A stretch of 61,445 nt of DNA, counting the filler, from Circinaria calcarea (taxonomy: Eukaryota): NCBI GenBank assembly GCA_051942165.1. It is 22 parts of 22 records of this genome, joined end to end, with 100 filler letters (N's around TTAATTAATTAA, not from the genome) between each part and the next. Parts side by side here need not be neighbours in the genome. Positions count along the whole stretch, not along the records: positions 11,234 to 13,939 come from JAVECS010003314.1; positions 14,040 to 16,743 come from JAVECS010003315.1; positions 16,844 to 19,547 come from JAVECS010003316.1; positions 19,648 to 22,350 come from JAVECS010003318.1; positions 22,451 to 25,151 come from JAVECS010003319.1; positions 25,252 to 27,950 come from JAVECS010003320.1; 16 more parts are not named here. The stretch is one strand, 5' to 3'. Of the stretch, positions 13,378-25,469 are shown in pieces. A program made the position numbers and the translations under genes. Each line of letters starts with the position of its first letter. The first letter of the stretch is position 1. The notes beneath the pieces are model-generated. The model did no database searches, was not told where the DNA came from, and saw only the letters and a program-made list of their open reading frames with translations.

Positions 13378-13939
13378 TCACCGATAATATCCACCACCCC
13401 CGTAAGAAGTATCCGGTGGTGGATCTGGTCCTCCATATCCATACTGCCCTGGTTGTGGCGGTGGTGGCGCATTGGGGTCATAGCCGTACGGTGGTCCTGG
13501 AGGATAGCCTTGCGGGGGATATGGTTCTCCGGCAGGCTGCGGTTGTTGATATTCTTGCCCATAACCTTGCTGGTATTGAGCTGTAGGTGCACCGTATGGA
13601 TCAAAAGCCTGCGGTGGATGGGAACTAGCTTGGTACGGTGGTTCAGAATAAGGATCTTGCGGCTGCCCAATCTGCGGGTATTGCTGTTGTGGATACTGAT
13701 ATTCATCGGCTGGGCCAGTTGGCGGACGTGTAGAATCATAGCCTGTCCCGGTTCCCGGAAAGGCGGCTCCTATGGTGTCTGCTGCGTCCCCCAAATCCAT
13801 GGTATCTCGAGTACGACCGGTCGAAGTAAGACCGGTCGACTGACTTAGCTTCATCAACTTATCCCACGGTGCACCGCTGACTTTGCTGTGGCTACCCGAA
13901 CCAAAGATATTTCCCATGGGTGGGAGACTTCCATGATTA
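13378..13939 (-). CDS. Pro/Tyr/Gln/Gly-rich low-complexity protein, C-terminal part; start uncertain
   Basis: Open frame with YPQQQYPQ / GYPPGPPYGY composition ending GGGGYYR*; no recognisable domain. Confidence 0.55.
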
Positions 13940-15202
13940 NNNNNNNNNNNNNNNNNNNNNNNNNNNNNNNNNNNNNNNNNNNNTTAATTAATTAANNNNN
14001 NNNNNNNNNNNNNNNNNNNNNNNNNNNNNNNNNNNNNNNGGAGGGGGGTTGATTAGAAGGTGACGTGTAAAGATCATATCTACTGGGTAAGGGGAAACAA
14101 AAGATGGGGGAATACGTCGTTGATGGGCTATAGTATAAAACATAGAGAGTGCTACTGAGTGCCGGGGGAAGTGGGAGGAGATGAGATAAAGAATGTGGCA
14201 AAAGCTACATGTCTATAAAGAGGGGAAGCGGCGGTGGGGGTGTTTTTCGCTAGATTAGATGGGCTTCAGGTCCTGCCATAGGTAGGTGTGCCAAAATCCT
14301 TAGGGGAATCACGCTTTCTGGATTTTGCTATGCGGATCTTCGAGGGGGGAATAAATCACGTCTTAATGAGATTCTCTGAACCTAAATTATATATACCTTT
14401 CAACTTCACACGGTGGTCATACGCCGTATATACCTTTTATCAGAAATAGCAGCTTAGCTGGCTATTGTTCCCAGATTCGGGTGCAAGGAACAGCTTCCTA
14501 CCAGACGTTTTGTGCTCCCCTCTCCTTTAAACGCGGGCATAATTGTCCACTTTGTTACAACTAGCGCCTTTATTGTTCGCGTCTTCGTCCTTGCCGTTCG
14601 CTCGCGCTGTTTTTATCTCATGGCTAAATTCTGATCTTCGACCGCCATCTCATCTTCCTTGTGAGGAGCACTATACGGCTGATTCCATGCTGGGTGTAGG
14701 GCTAATGTGTGAATAAACAGTCCTCCAATGTCCCCAAGTGTCCGGCATGATCTGATATCCAGGCACGTGATACACGGAAAAAGTCCGCCGCCGCTCAAAC
14801 GCAAAATGTTGAAAAGTAAACCTCAATGATCTGGCCTAGTGTAAGAGGATCGAAGAGGAGAAAATGGTCTATGTGGGTCGTTTTTCAGAAAGTGGCATAC
14901 AGTTCTTGATGTGCATAAGGAGTGGCAGATTCCTTCCAAACTGGAAATCAGAATCTTTCAAAAAAAGTTGTGAAAAATACTTCTCCTGCCAGGTATACTA
15001 TAGCAAAAAAAGAGATGAGTCCAAGTTCCCCGCAAGATAACCTGCAGAATACAATGAGCCAAGTTTATTGTGTACTTTATTGAAAGATCTATCATCTAGT
15101 CCCTCTGGGAAATATAAGTTTGCGAAAGAAGTCGACCTCTTATTCCAGATTCGAAATAGCTCCAGAAATACCTCTCTTACTGCCCACTACCCGATGCCTA
15201 TC

Positions 15203-16743
15203 TTAATGCTGGTTGTCCCACAACTTTCTGAACTTACTTTCTCTTTTCAGTAGTGCCGCCGGCTCATCAAACTCTACAACCCTGCCCCCTTCAAGTACCA
15301 GAATGCGGTCGAAATTAATAATCGTGCTCAATCGATGCGCAACAGAGATGACAGTATGCGCCTTAAACTCTGTCCGCAGGATATCCTGAACAAGGGCTTC
15401 GGTTCTGGTGTCAATACTGTTCAGGAGTTAGTGAGATAGGGCGATGACTGACCGAAGGTGTTTACTGAGAATCGAGGTGCAAGCACGTATGTCTATGTAT
15501 AGGAACTCACCTGCTAGTCGCCTCATCAACAACCAGAATTTTACTATTAGACTGCAGAGCACGTCCCCAAGCAAAAAGCTGTTTTTGGCCTTCTGACATC
15601 TTCAGTCCATGTATGTCACCATCCAGTCCACCTGATGCCGAGATGAGATCCCATAGGCCGATGCGTTTCACCGCGGTTATTATCTGGGAGTCTGCAGCAA
15701 GGGCGTGTGGGTCGAGGTTGAAGCGGATAGAGCCAGGGATGAAAACCGGATCTTGGGGAATAGTCGTTAGACGTGCGCGTAGAGCGTCGCGGGGCATATG
15801 AGCAGTATCGAGGTCGTCTATAACAATCGAGCCAGATGTGGGAGTAAGGAGACGGAAGAGGGTGAGAACTAGAGATGATTTACCACTGGAGATGATTGCT
15901 TGAGTAAGAGTTGTGTCTTGAGAATCAGCGCATGAGGTACTCGCCTCCCAGTCCTTCCGCAGATACCTAGCTTCTCACCACTTTCTATGCTGATGGAGAT
16001 GTCTTGCAGTATCGGGTTAGTGCTAGTACCAGAAATATTAGCAACAGCAGAGTCTTCGTTGAACAGGAAATATACCCTATAAAAACAGAGACGTTCCGAA
16101 TTTCGATGGATCCATTTGTAGGCCACTGTCCTGGGGGCTCATCCGATTCTCCCGGCTGGCTTTCCACCTTTGTCTCCTTCTCGAAACTTTTCAATCGAGA
16201 AATAGCACCCAGAGATGTCTCCAGTGTTGTCCAAGAGTTGACAAGGTTTGCCAAGCTGATATTGAAGCCCAGGACATTGTTGAGTGCTATACCTATAGCT
16301 CCACCGCTAGTGATTGATTGGTCCTCAATAGCAATCGTTACAAGAAGCACCGCAAGAGCTGCAACAACAAAATCGAGGACCAAGTTCAACCACCGTTGTA
16401 TGCAATACAGTAAGTAAAAGGGTTTCTGCGACACGTCCAGGTGTTTGATGTTCTGGGCTTTGAACGCTTTTTCCCAACCAAAGGCCCTTATAGTATCTAA
16501 ACCATTCAATGTGTCTGTGAAATGAGCATATAACGGCGATTTAGCCTCAAGGTCCAGAAACCGAAGTTGTCGAGATGTCCTTAGGTAAAACTTTTGTACA
16601 CAATAGAGGACGAGTAGGATGACCGGGATTGTAACGGTGATTAATCTAGCGCCAGAACCGATGAAGCCCACCTCCATTATGCAAACAAGAACGCCTGCAG
16701 AACAATGAGCTTCTGATTAAGAAGGGTAAAGCTGCCACATACC
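15203..16743 (-). CDS. ABCC/MRP-type ABC transporter, TMD2-NBD2 (5'-truncated, several introns)
   Basis: YLRTSRQLRFLDLEAKSPLY, WTTLETSLGAISRLK, Walker A CGRTG(S)GKSS split by an intron, signature MSEGQKQL, Walker B ILVVDEATS, H-loop VAHRL, end KFRKLWDNQH*. Confidence 0.93.
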
Positions 16744-18102
16744 NNNNNNNNNNNNNNNNNNNNNNNNNNNNNNNNNNNNNNNNNNNNTTAATTAATTAAN
16801 NNNNNNNNNNNNNNNNNNNNNNNNNNNNNNNNNNNNNNNNNNNTGGCTGGGGCATCAGAGATGCCGCTTCAGGTCAAGATGGAGATATCGTTGTTAGCGT
16901 TGTGGGTAGAGGTGTCGGCAATGTTGGACGCAAAATTGCTTGAGCTCAGTGGTGATGATTCGACGCTGAGTCTGTGCCCTATTACCGACATGTTCATATT
17001 TAGCTCTGCCCATCCCCCGGCCACTCGACGTTTCAATGAGAGCTCTAGGGCCGAAGCGGTCAGCGTTATGCTGTGGTTCTATCATGTACACCATCGATTT
17101 CTCCGCCCCTCACTTGGAATGGCTGGAATCTCCCCCAAGAGTTGTGAAAAAGCACGCAGATTATCGCAACATAGATCTTGTTCACACGTCGTGCAAGGAC
17201 TAGCAATTACTCACGCAGAGTCCCAGTCCGCTGGTAGATTTCAGTCTAGACTAGAACCGGCCCTTAAGCTCCTACCAACAGCTTTGGCAGTTCGCCAGCT
17301 CTTGGAATCCTTCAATCGTGGGGGACGATGACACACTGGGTCATTGGTCTATCAAGATTTTCTAACTTGTAAGATGGCCAGCCCAGACGGGATTTTCTTA
17401 CTAGACTCACAGTTGGAGGATTTAAGTCTCAACTGAACAGCGCTCAATCTTCTCCAGAATGCTTTGAAGCAGCTCAAATCCAGTTTCCCAAGGTCCTTCT
17501 GTGCACTATGCTTTGTGATTATCACCATCGTAACAGCTTTATCCATCTTTCTTCACGCACATGTTCCCACCGACCACCTAGCATCACCGACCATCACCAT
17601 CCACCCACGGCCCGAAAAACAGTTCCACTTCTACCAAGAGTGAGTGCCATTGTTCCCTACTCCATTACCAGAGAGGAAGCTCTCCCTCTTCTTGCCTCGT
17701 CCGTTCCAATTCACTCCAATTCATCCCTGATACACCTTCCAATCCACTGTAACTGTACTCGTCCCTTGCTTCAAGGAGCCTAACCTTTCAAATCAACGCT
17801 TTATATATCATAATCCTCAACAGATTACTTATCACCTTTCTTCCTGTCTATTACCTATGTTCTTATACTAGACAAATTCGTACCAATGTCCCTTTATGAT
17901 ACTTACGTCACCAATTCTCTCTACCTATACGTTAGCCCGCCTCCCAACATACCTAAATTTGTTCATTAAAATTATCCTTATCCCTTATACCGCCATAAAT
18001 TCACTAGTGAAAGATTTCCTACCTATACTGCCTGTCTCGGTATCACATCAAAATTAATTAGTCAGCTAAACCTTGACGGACAATGACCCAGTCCGTTTCG
18101 AA

Positions 18103-18450
18103 ATGGCTTCCTACATCAACGTCTACATGGCCGCTATCACGCCCAAATGTGGCCCTATGGTCTCGGTCGGGTCCGTTGCCGCCAACTTCACAGGACATCC
18201 ATGGACGATTCCCGGTGCTACCCTAACGGGTCAGACTTTGTAGTTTCGCTTCCTCCCATTGGGTCAGCAAAATGCTCACCGGTGCCTACAACAGCTAGTC
18301 GATACCATGGAAGCCAGCAATGAGGTCGAGCAGAGGAAGGCAGAATCGGAAAGGGAACGGAGGCAGAAGAGAGCTGCGATGATTGAGTACCAACGCCACA
18401 GTTTTAGGGCGTTGGTAGCGAAGATACGAGGGAGGAGCAGAGGGAAGTGA
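18103..18450 (+). pseudogene. Probable degraded coding remnant with an in-frame TAG
   Basis: The frame from ATG 18103 runs through a TAG at 18241 into the 18259-18450 coiled-coil-like ORF; the upstream 17800-18060 region is TpA-rich with more in-frame TAA codons. Confidence 0.3.
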
Positions 18451-18956
18451 GCCAAGGCCGTACGGAAGATTGAAGCCCTCACAATGGTCACTATGTCTAG
18501 AGCCCTCCTTTCGACCTTAGACTGATCGTCGTTTAGACCTACTGGGCTGCCTGGGAGGTCTTACCTTATGGATAGTGATAGTGAATGGAGAATGCAAAGG
18601 GGGGAGGATTTTCTCTTGGGTTCTGCGGGATGGAAGGAGTCTTTCGGTGTTTGGATAGGAGGAGTCTGTAGCGGATATCATAGAAGATAGCCGGTATAAT
18701 AGAAACCTTTCAAACTTCCCGAATCTTCAGGCATCAAAATATACTGGTGTAATAACGGCGTGGTGCACATGGCCATTAGAATCGACCTAGTGCTGGTCTG
18801 TGCGCTTCTTAGGGCGATCCGAAGCCGAGGCGCCGGGATGATTATTGAAGAGCTAATATCGAAATAGTTTGTTGACATACGAGGCCACTTTAACAGAACA
18901 GTATTCTATATTGTAGCAGGCCTGCAACATCGCTATAATACTATCATCCCTTCCTT

Positions 18957-19547
18957 ATGGCAACCGCTCGCACACGCCCTGCTAGGCAGAGTCTGACGAC
19001 ACTAACCGGTACAGCTACAACGTCTACAATGTCGAAATCTACCGGTGTCAGGGTGGGAGATAGCGTAAGCGTTCCTGGCGACATGAACGGTACTGTAAAA
19101 TTTGTCGGCGAGGTTCGTGGCAAACAGGGCGTTTTTGCTGGGGTGGAGCTCGACGAGGAGTGGGCCACTAGAGGCAAAAATAACGGAGCTGTTGAAGGGT
19201 AGCTATTCCATATGAAAAGAAAAGCCTGCTAGAAATATCCTGCTGAGACGATAGTAGGATTCAATACTTCAACACTACAGTACCGGGATCGGGAATATTT
19301 CTCCCAATCGGCCGGGTTGAGAAGCTCAGAGTGCCCCCTAGAGCATCTAGCAAATGGCCAGCGACATCGCCAGGGTCTGCCGAACGCCTAAAGTCCTCCA
19401 ATGGCTATAACGACGGAGAAAGCCTTCCCCCTACGCCAGTTACCAGTTTCAGGCCCAAGTCACGATTATCACTACCACGCCCAGAATCTCCAATACGCAG
19501 AGGCCAAAATGCATACACAGCAGCTGGTGGGCGCCCATCGCTTAACG
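18957..19547 (+). CDS. CAP-Gly domain microtubule plus-end protein (CLIP-170/Tip1/Bik1-like), 3'-truncated; intron 19199-19257
   Basis: GTVKFVGEVRGKQGVFAGVELD..RGKNNGAVEG|IQYF..GIFLP is a CAP-Gly domain, followed by an S/P/R-rich linker. Confidence 0.85.
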
Positions 19548-19647
19548 NNNNNNNNNNNNNNNNNNNNNNNNNNNNNNNNNNNNNNNNNNNNTTAATTAAT
19601 TAANNNNNNNNNNNNNNNNNNNNNNNNNNNNNNNNNNNNNNNNNNNN

Positions 19648-20391
19648 CATCGGTTCCGTCACCTCAAACGGACACCCGTGAGGGTAGAACGGCTGGCGTT
19701 CGTCACTGGGGATCTTATCTTTGGCCACGTAGTGCTGCCCCATCACTTCCTTTTCCGCTTCCGCCTCGTACGCGTGAAAACAGGCCCAAAACACAAAAAA
19801 CCCCTTGAGGCCGCGCTCGCCGAGGATCCGCATCGGCTCGACGATGGCTCTGTACGCATTTAACACGTGGGTAAGATCCTCTTCCCGCGCGTTTTGCTCC
19901 TCGTAGATGGTGTAGCCGGGCCCGGCATCGAGAGAGAGGATGAGGTTCTCGAGCTGGAGATTCGCGGCGATGAAGCTTATGAAGTCGGCCCACTCGGCTT
20001 TCCAGGGTGTGCCGGGCTTGGTCCAGTCTTCGATTTCTTGCGGCATGAACTGGAAGTCGAGGGCACGGATATGTCTGACCAGAGATCCTTGAGCGCGGAG
20101 GAAGGCAAGGGATTGAGTGGGTGAGCCCCTGAGGATCAGCCGATTCTGGGAGAGGAGGATGAAGCGAGCGTCGTTGTCCAAGGTCGGCCCCAGACGAAGG
20201 AGATTGGTCGGTAAGGGGCGGCAGTTACAGCTGGAAGCATCGTGCCAGTTGATGTCGTGCTCAACCGGGTAGGTGATTTCGCCATCCTTGATGTGAATTC
20301 CAGGAATCGAGTTACTGTCGGAAGGGTGGGAAACCAGGTCCGTATTGGCCAGGATTTGCTGACTGACTTCCCGAGGTAGTGGAGAAGGCAT
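19648..20391 (-). CDS. Fungal hypothetical protein with an F-box-like N-terminal motif; 3' end at contig edge
   Basis: Long open frame; N-terminal LPREVSQQILANTDLV resembles the fungal LPxEIRxxIL motif. Confidence 0.6.
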
Positions 20392-21466
20392 GGTTGGAAA
20401 TTGGGAAGACGGATAACACAGATACGTTATCAAAACGATCTGGCGATGACGCTGACTTAAAAGGTGGTAAGATGCTTAGGGGAGCAATCTGGGAGGGTAT
20501 GAAGTCTTGGTGATATGACCAGAGCGATGGGAGATATGCGGCTGAGTATTTAGAAGGGCGTCAAGTACACTCTTCCAACTCGTCGTGAATTCCCATTCAC
20601 ACGGTCAAACCAATACTCTATCACATCATGGCCTGGCTGTTTCATTCTGATACGTATGAGATGCGTAACAGCTAAGATTCCAATGCAGTGATATCGATGG
20701 GTTGGTACGACCAAGATGTAGCAGCCGGTTCTGGAGTGTCAAACAAGTGGCCTTGGAAAGCTGTGCGGTTTATCAGGCTGATTTTATCCAATACCGCGCG
20801 GTTGGTGATGCTTTGAGTATTCGTAGGGCTGAATCGGCAAACAACATCGAAAAAGGTTGGCTGCTTCCGTGAAGAAATGATCTTCTGTTCATCCACCCGA
20901 GGGACCAACATTCAATTGACTACGCTCCCCCCTTACATATCATTTCGCTTTGGCTGCTACACCAACCACATCTTTCCAAATGGCTTCCAGATGGCAAGTT
21001 ATTCCTGGCTTCGTCACACCTGAACAGACTCGTCAAAGATTGCAACTCGGATCTTCCCGTTGTCAGAAGCAAACGGTTCTGTTCGGCCGGCCGGTTTGCC
21101 AACGTTTTCGTAGATTTGAAACTCTTCAATGGATCTTTGCATCTGATACAGAACGACCAGGCCTTGTTCTATGGAATGGTGTATAACGCGAAAATGCTAT
21201 GTGCTGGTAACCAGAAAAAGGCGGTTAAATTTGTTGGCTTTCTCCTATTACTTTCTCCATCAAACCCTTATATAATAGCCTTTCAATCATTGATCATCCT
21301 ACCTTGTCTCCATCACATCAGATCATTCACAGAGTTACTTGGCTGGTCCATTCTACTTTCATACTTTTCTCTCGACTTGTAATTTGTTTAAATCTAGCAC
21401 GTCTGCGAGATCGTTGAGATTGTATCAACATATAATTTCCAGTCTCGCTATACGCCTATCTCCACC

Positions 21467-22243
21467 ATGCGTTTCTATGTATGTGTTATAATCATTGGTC
21501 TTCTCAACGTGCTGGGCACAAACACATCACCCACCAGATTCAAAAGTTCATCTAGCGGATTAGACCGGAGGAACCCAGTATACGCTGTCCACTCGAATGG
21601 AGGCCAAAGATATCAAGCCGTCGAGCCACATACTAGTCCTATTTCCGCAGCCGATCTCAATGCTAAGAGTAAACAATTCTACACGGATGTCACAAAGGAA
21701 CACGACGGCAAGCAGTATCCTCCCAATATGGTCTCCTCCCAAAAACACGGGGATAACATCTTTCACTCCTCTACCGAGAGGGTTCTCCCGAACCAACCTG
21801 GCATGGACCAAGCTCAGAAGTACAAGGAGACCTCCCAGAAGAAAACCGACGAGATCAAAGCAAAACCAAAAGACAGCTTTCCGAAGGAAGATCAGAAATG
21901 GAAAGGCAAAGTCGATAAAGGCGATGCCACCGTCGACCACCGCGCCAAGGGCAAGTGTAGTGAAGGCGGGACATGTGGCATGGTTGAAGCTAAGCACGAC
22001 AAAGATGTCAGTATGGCAGGTGATAAAATCTCCTCCTATGGTGTCAAGTCAGGAGCGGAGCCTACACATCACGAAGGATGCACCACGGACAATCCCCGGA
22101 AGTTCGGGTGCGGCGATGTCATTGCACAGCACAAAATGGACGATGTCAACAAGCCAGGCAGACCTGCCAGCCCTCCACCACGACCAGGTACCCCTCCACC
22201 AGAATCGCCAGGACGAGCGCACAGCCCTCAGCGGCCAAAATAA
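21467..22243 (+). CDS. Secreted protein with a putative Zn-dependent deaminase-like fold (toxin/effector candidate)
   Basis: Intronless 258-aa ORF with good ATG context (CACCATG), signal peptide, dibasic LDRR site, H-x5-C-S-E and GC-x9-C motifs, Pro-rich tail. The ORF itself is well supported; the fold call is inference. Confidence 0.65.
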   Translation: MRFYVCVIIIGLLNVLGTNTSPTRFKSSSSGLDRRNPVYAVHSNGGQRYQAVEPHTSPISAADLNAKSKQFYTDVTKEHDGKQYPPNMVSSQKHGDNIFHSSTERVLPNQPGMDQAQKYKETSQKKTDEIKAKPKDSFPKEDQKWKGKVDKGDATVDHRAKGKCSEGGTCGMVEAKHDKDVSMAGDKISSYGVKSGAEPTHHEGCTTDNPRKFGCGDVIAQHKMDDVNKPGRPASPPPRPGTPPPESPGRAHSPQRPK

Positions 22244-22465
22244 AGCACCCAGTGTGGAAAGTAGGGGCCCCGGTAAGAGGATCGTGTCTATCCCGTAAGC
22301 TGTCGCTCAAGCAGCACGAACCGTACACGAAACACTAGTATGGGGGGGCGNNNNNNNNNNNNNNNNNNNNNNNNNNNNNNNNNNNNNNNNNNNNTTAATT
22401 AATTAANNNNNNNNNNNNNNNNNNNNNNNNNNNNNNNNNNNNNNNNNNNNTTCAAGAGTTTGAAA

Positions 22466-24055
22466 ATGGCACAGAAGCCAGTTTTCCTACTTACCCATCC
22501 AAGGGCATGCTCCACAGCTTTCGAAAGAGTCAGTATCTCGACAGTTACGCTTCTTTAATGAGCTGACGAATTCAACAGGTCTTCATGACTCGTCGTGACA
22601 CCCTCACTTGCGTGCACGAGCCCTTTGGAGACGCCTTTTACTATGGTCCAGAAAGGCTGGGCGAAAGGTACAAGGATAATGAAAAGGGGAGAGAAGAAAG
22701 CGGTTTCAGCGAATCCACATATCAGACAATCTTTGAAAGGCTGGAGAGGGAAAGCAACGAGGTCCGATTCACAAGTTTATTGCTGTTCAATCATCCATTA
22801 CTACACGGCCCACTTTACGACTCGCATTTCTGAACAGCTATCATCACCTCCCATTTGGTTTTCGGCAATTGCATTGTGTTATGATGACTTTTTCAAGTCC
22901 CCCACGCTTTCTTTGCTCCATAAAGTCGGCACAAGGTGCGCAACTACAATGGGAACACCAAGGAGACACCCACGTCCGAATCGTACTTGGTCTAGGTGTC
23001 CGTTCTGAAGGCTATTTGCTTGGTAAGGGAACTTCGGGTCTCTAAGCTTTATGCTTTGATTGTCTGCTTTATTTATCCTCGTCGCTAGTTACAACTTGTT
23101 GTCTGCGGAAACTCTTTCTTCGATACACTTACCCGAGATTAGGGCAAACCTCTATTTATCAAAGACATGGGTTATTATTTCGTTCCGCCCAATGGCAAAC
23201 CGGCCGCAATCGCACCATCTCTGGCAAGAGTTGAAAAAGGTGTCGGCACAGATGGAAGCTCTGTTCGGATCCATGATAAAGACAAGCAGGATGGTGTCCC
23301 CTCGTATAATACCGAGGCAGAGCCCAACAATCCGACGATCATACCAGAGGCGACTCTGAAACAATTTCACTTCGCATTTCTGATTCGCCACCCACGTTCG
23401 AGTATACCGTCATTCTATCGCTGTACTATTCCACCTCTTGACAAGATGACGGGCTTCTATAATTTCATGCCTTCTGAGGCTGGATACACCGAGCTCCGTC
23501 GCATTTTTGACTACCTCTGGTCCACTGGTCAAATCGGACCTAAAGTAGCCGGGCAGGGGGGAAACACAAATGGCTCTCATGGGGAAAAGCGCTGCACTAG
23601 CAACGTGGACATTTGCGTTGTTGATGCAGATGACTTGTTGGACAAACCGGGTGGAATCATAGAGGCTTTCTGCAAAGCTGTAGGTCTTCAATACGATCCG
23701 GAAATGCTAAACTGGGACAACGAAGCCAATCATCTGCATGCAAAGAAGGCTTTTGAGAAATGGACAGGATTCCACGAAGACGCTATCAACAGTACTTCAC
23801 TTAAGCCTAGGGGACATGTAAGTTCCGCTGCAACCTTTGTATCGGCCTGACGAGTTATATAATGGAGGTGTCTTTTCATACTAGATTCAAACTAACTTGT
23901 ATGCATTAAAGGAGAAGAATGTCAAGAGCCGCCAACAGGAAGATGCCGAGTGGCGCGAGAAATATGGAGAAGAGGGTGCCAAGCTTATTCGTGAAACTGT
24001 CGATGCCAATGTCAAGGATTACGAATACCTCAAGCAGTTTGCTCTGAAGATCTGA
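22466..24055 (+). CDS. Sulfotransferase-like P-loop protein; exons 22466-22528, 22579-22761, 23143-23817, 23912-24055
   Basis: THPRACSTAFERVF, HEPFGDAFYYGPERL, FIKDM, FLIRHPRSSIPS, VVDADDLLD, WTGFHEDAINS; all four exons join in frame at GT..AG sites. Confidence 0.85.
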
Positions 24056-25469
24056 AGAGCATTCCGAGCAAGTGATGAAGAGACTTGAGCTGTTCACCCG
24101 GAGGTTTGTTCAAGATATATATTATCTTGCCGCCGCTGCTTATTTGCTAGGTGGGATAGTTGCAGCTTCAGAAAAGTGACTTTACAAGCAAGTGCTATTT
24201 GCCTCGTTCATGACACGATACTGCACAATGTGACATACAACAGGATCGCCGCCATCTTCCCGCCCTTTCAACCCATAGTTCACTTTCGATGCTTCGTTAT
24301 CTCCACCTGTTCTATTGTCCACCATGATGGTCTCGCCAACCCTATCACCCCCTTCCCGAACCGTCGGCCATCCGTCGCCAGTCTACCCATGCTGCCGTTG
24401 TTGTAAATCTTCCCTCTGCCCGCTCTCAGTTCAACCCCAGACGGTCCCAGCAAACCCATTACCCATTCCACACCAAACCAGCCTTCTCTTTTGCTTTCTT
24501 TTGCGAAAAAAACTCCCTTCCCTCCCTTTTCTCCCTCTTTCTCTCTCTCTCTCGCACTCTCTCTCCTCTGCCCCCTCCGATCCACAACAACAACCCCCTT
24601 GGGTTGCATTTCTTTCCCCACCAGGACTCCATCCTCTCCTCTCCTCTCCTACCTACCTACCCCCCTTTTTGCATTCATGGGCCCCCGGCCCTATCCTCAG
24701 AGGATATACACGTCCTTGGGCAGACTGTATCCTCATCTCATACCTTGTCGTGTCGAGCTTTTGCTCATGGGCTCTGATGGCCCGATTGGCCCTATCCTCT
24801 CATCTTCCCCCCCCCTCTCTGCCCCAAACCCTCCCCGAGACCCAGCTGAGACTGAAATCTCTCCGAGACCGAATCGAGACCGAATCGAACGGCCCGATTA
24901 CAACCACCTGTATTTTCCCACCGTAATCATCCGGTTCCAGTTCGGTTATTCGGGTTCGGTTTTCGGCCAACTTTCGTACAACCTTTCACCTCGCCTGCCC
25001 TGCCCTGCGAAGGGAAACGAAAGGAAGGGAGAAACTAAAGGGGGCGTGATGGGTCGGGATCGGAGATAAAGCAGCTAGGAGGCAAGCGGGGTTTTTAGGG
25101 TGGAGGAGGGAAAGACGGGGAGAAAGAGAGAAGACTTGGATGGACTGCGCANNNNNNNNNNNNNNNNNNNNNNNNNNNNNNNNNNNNNNNNNNNNTTAAT
25201 TAATTAANNNNNNNNNNNNNNNNNNNNNNNNNNNNNNNNNNNNNNNNNNNNGGGCGTAGGCGTCAAGGCCTTGGTTCTCAAACCGGGGGATCGCCTGGAG
25301 AAGCTGAATCTGACTTATTGTACGTCGGTCAGCAGCGATGCGGTCGACTTTGCTCGCGCCAAAGGCGTTGATGTCCTCTACCGCTTTCCCGACATGAAAT
25401 GCAAGGGGAAGAAAGTGAGAGATTGGTGAGAGGGTTGCGAGAGAGGGATCGCGAGAGAGTCGGGACTAT

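Noticed and set aside
22990..23070. GGTGTCCGTTC in a long intron suggested a fungal TPP riboswitch
   Set aside because: The conserved CTGAGA and downstream GAT..GATAAT..GCG.AAGG aptamer elements are absent.
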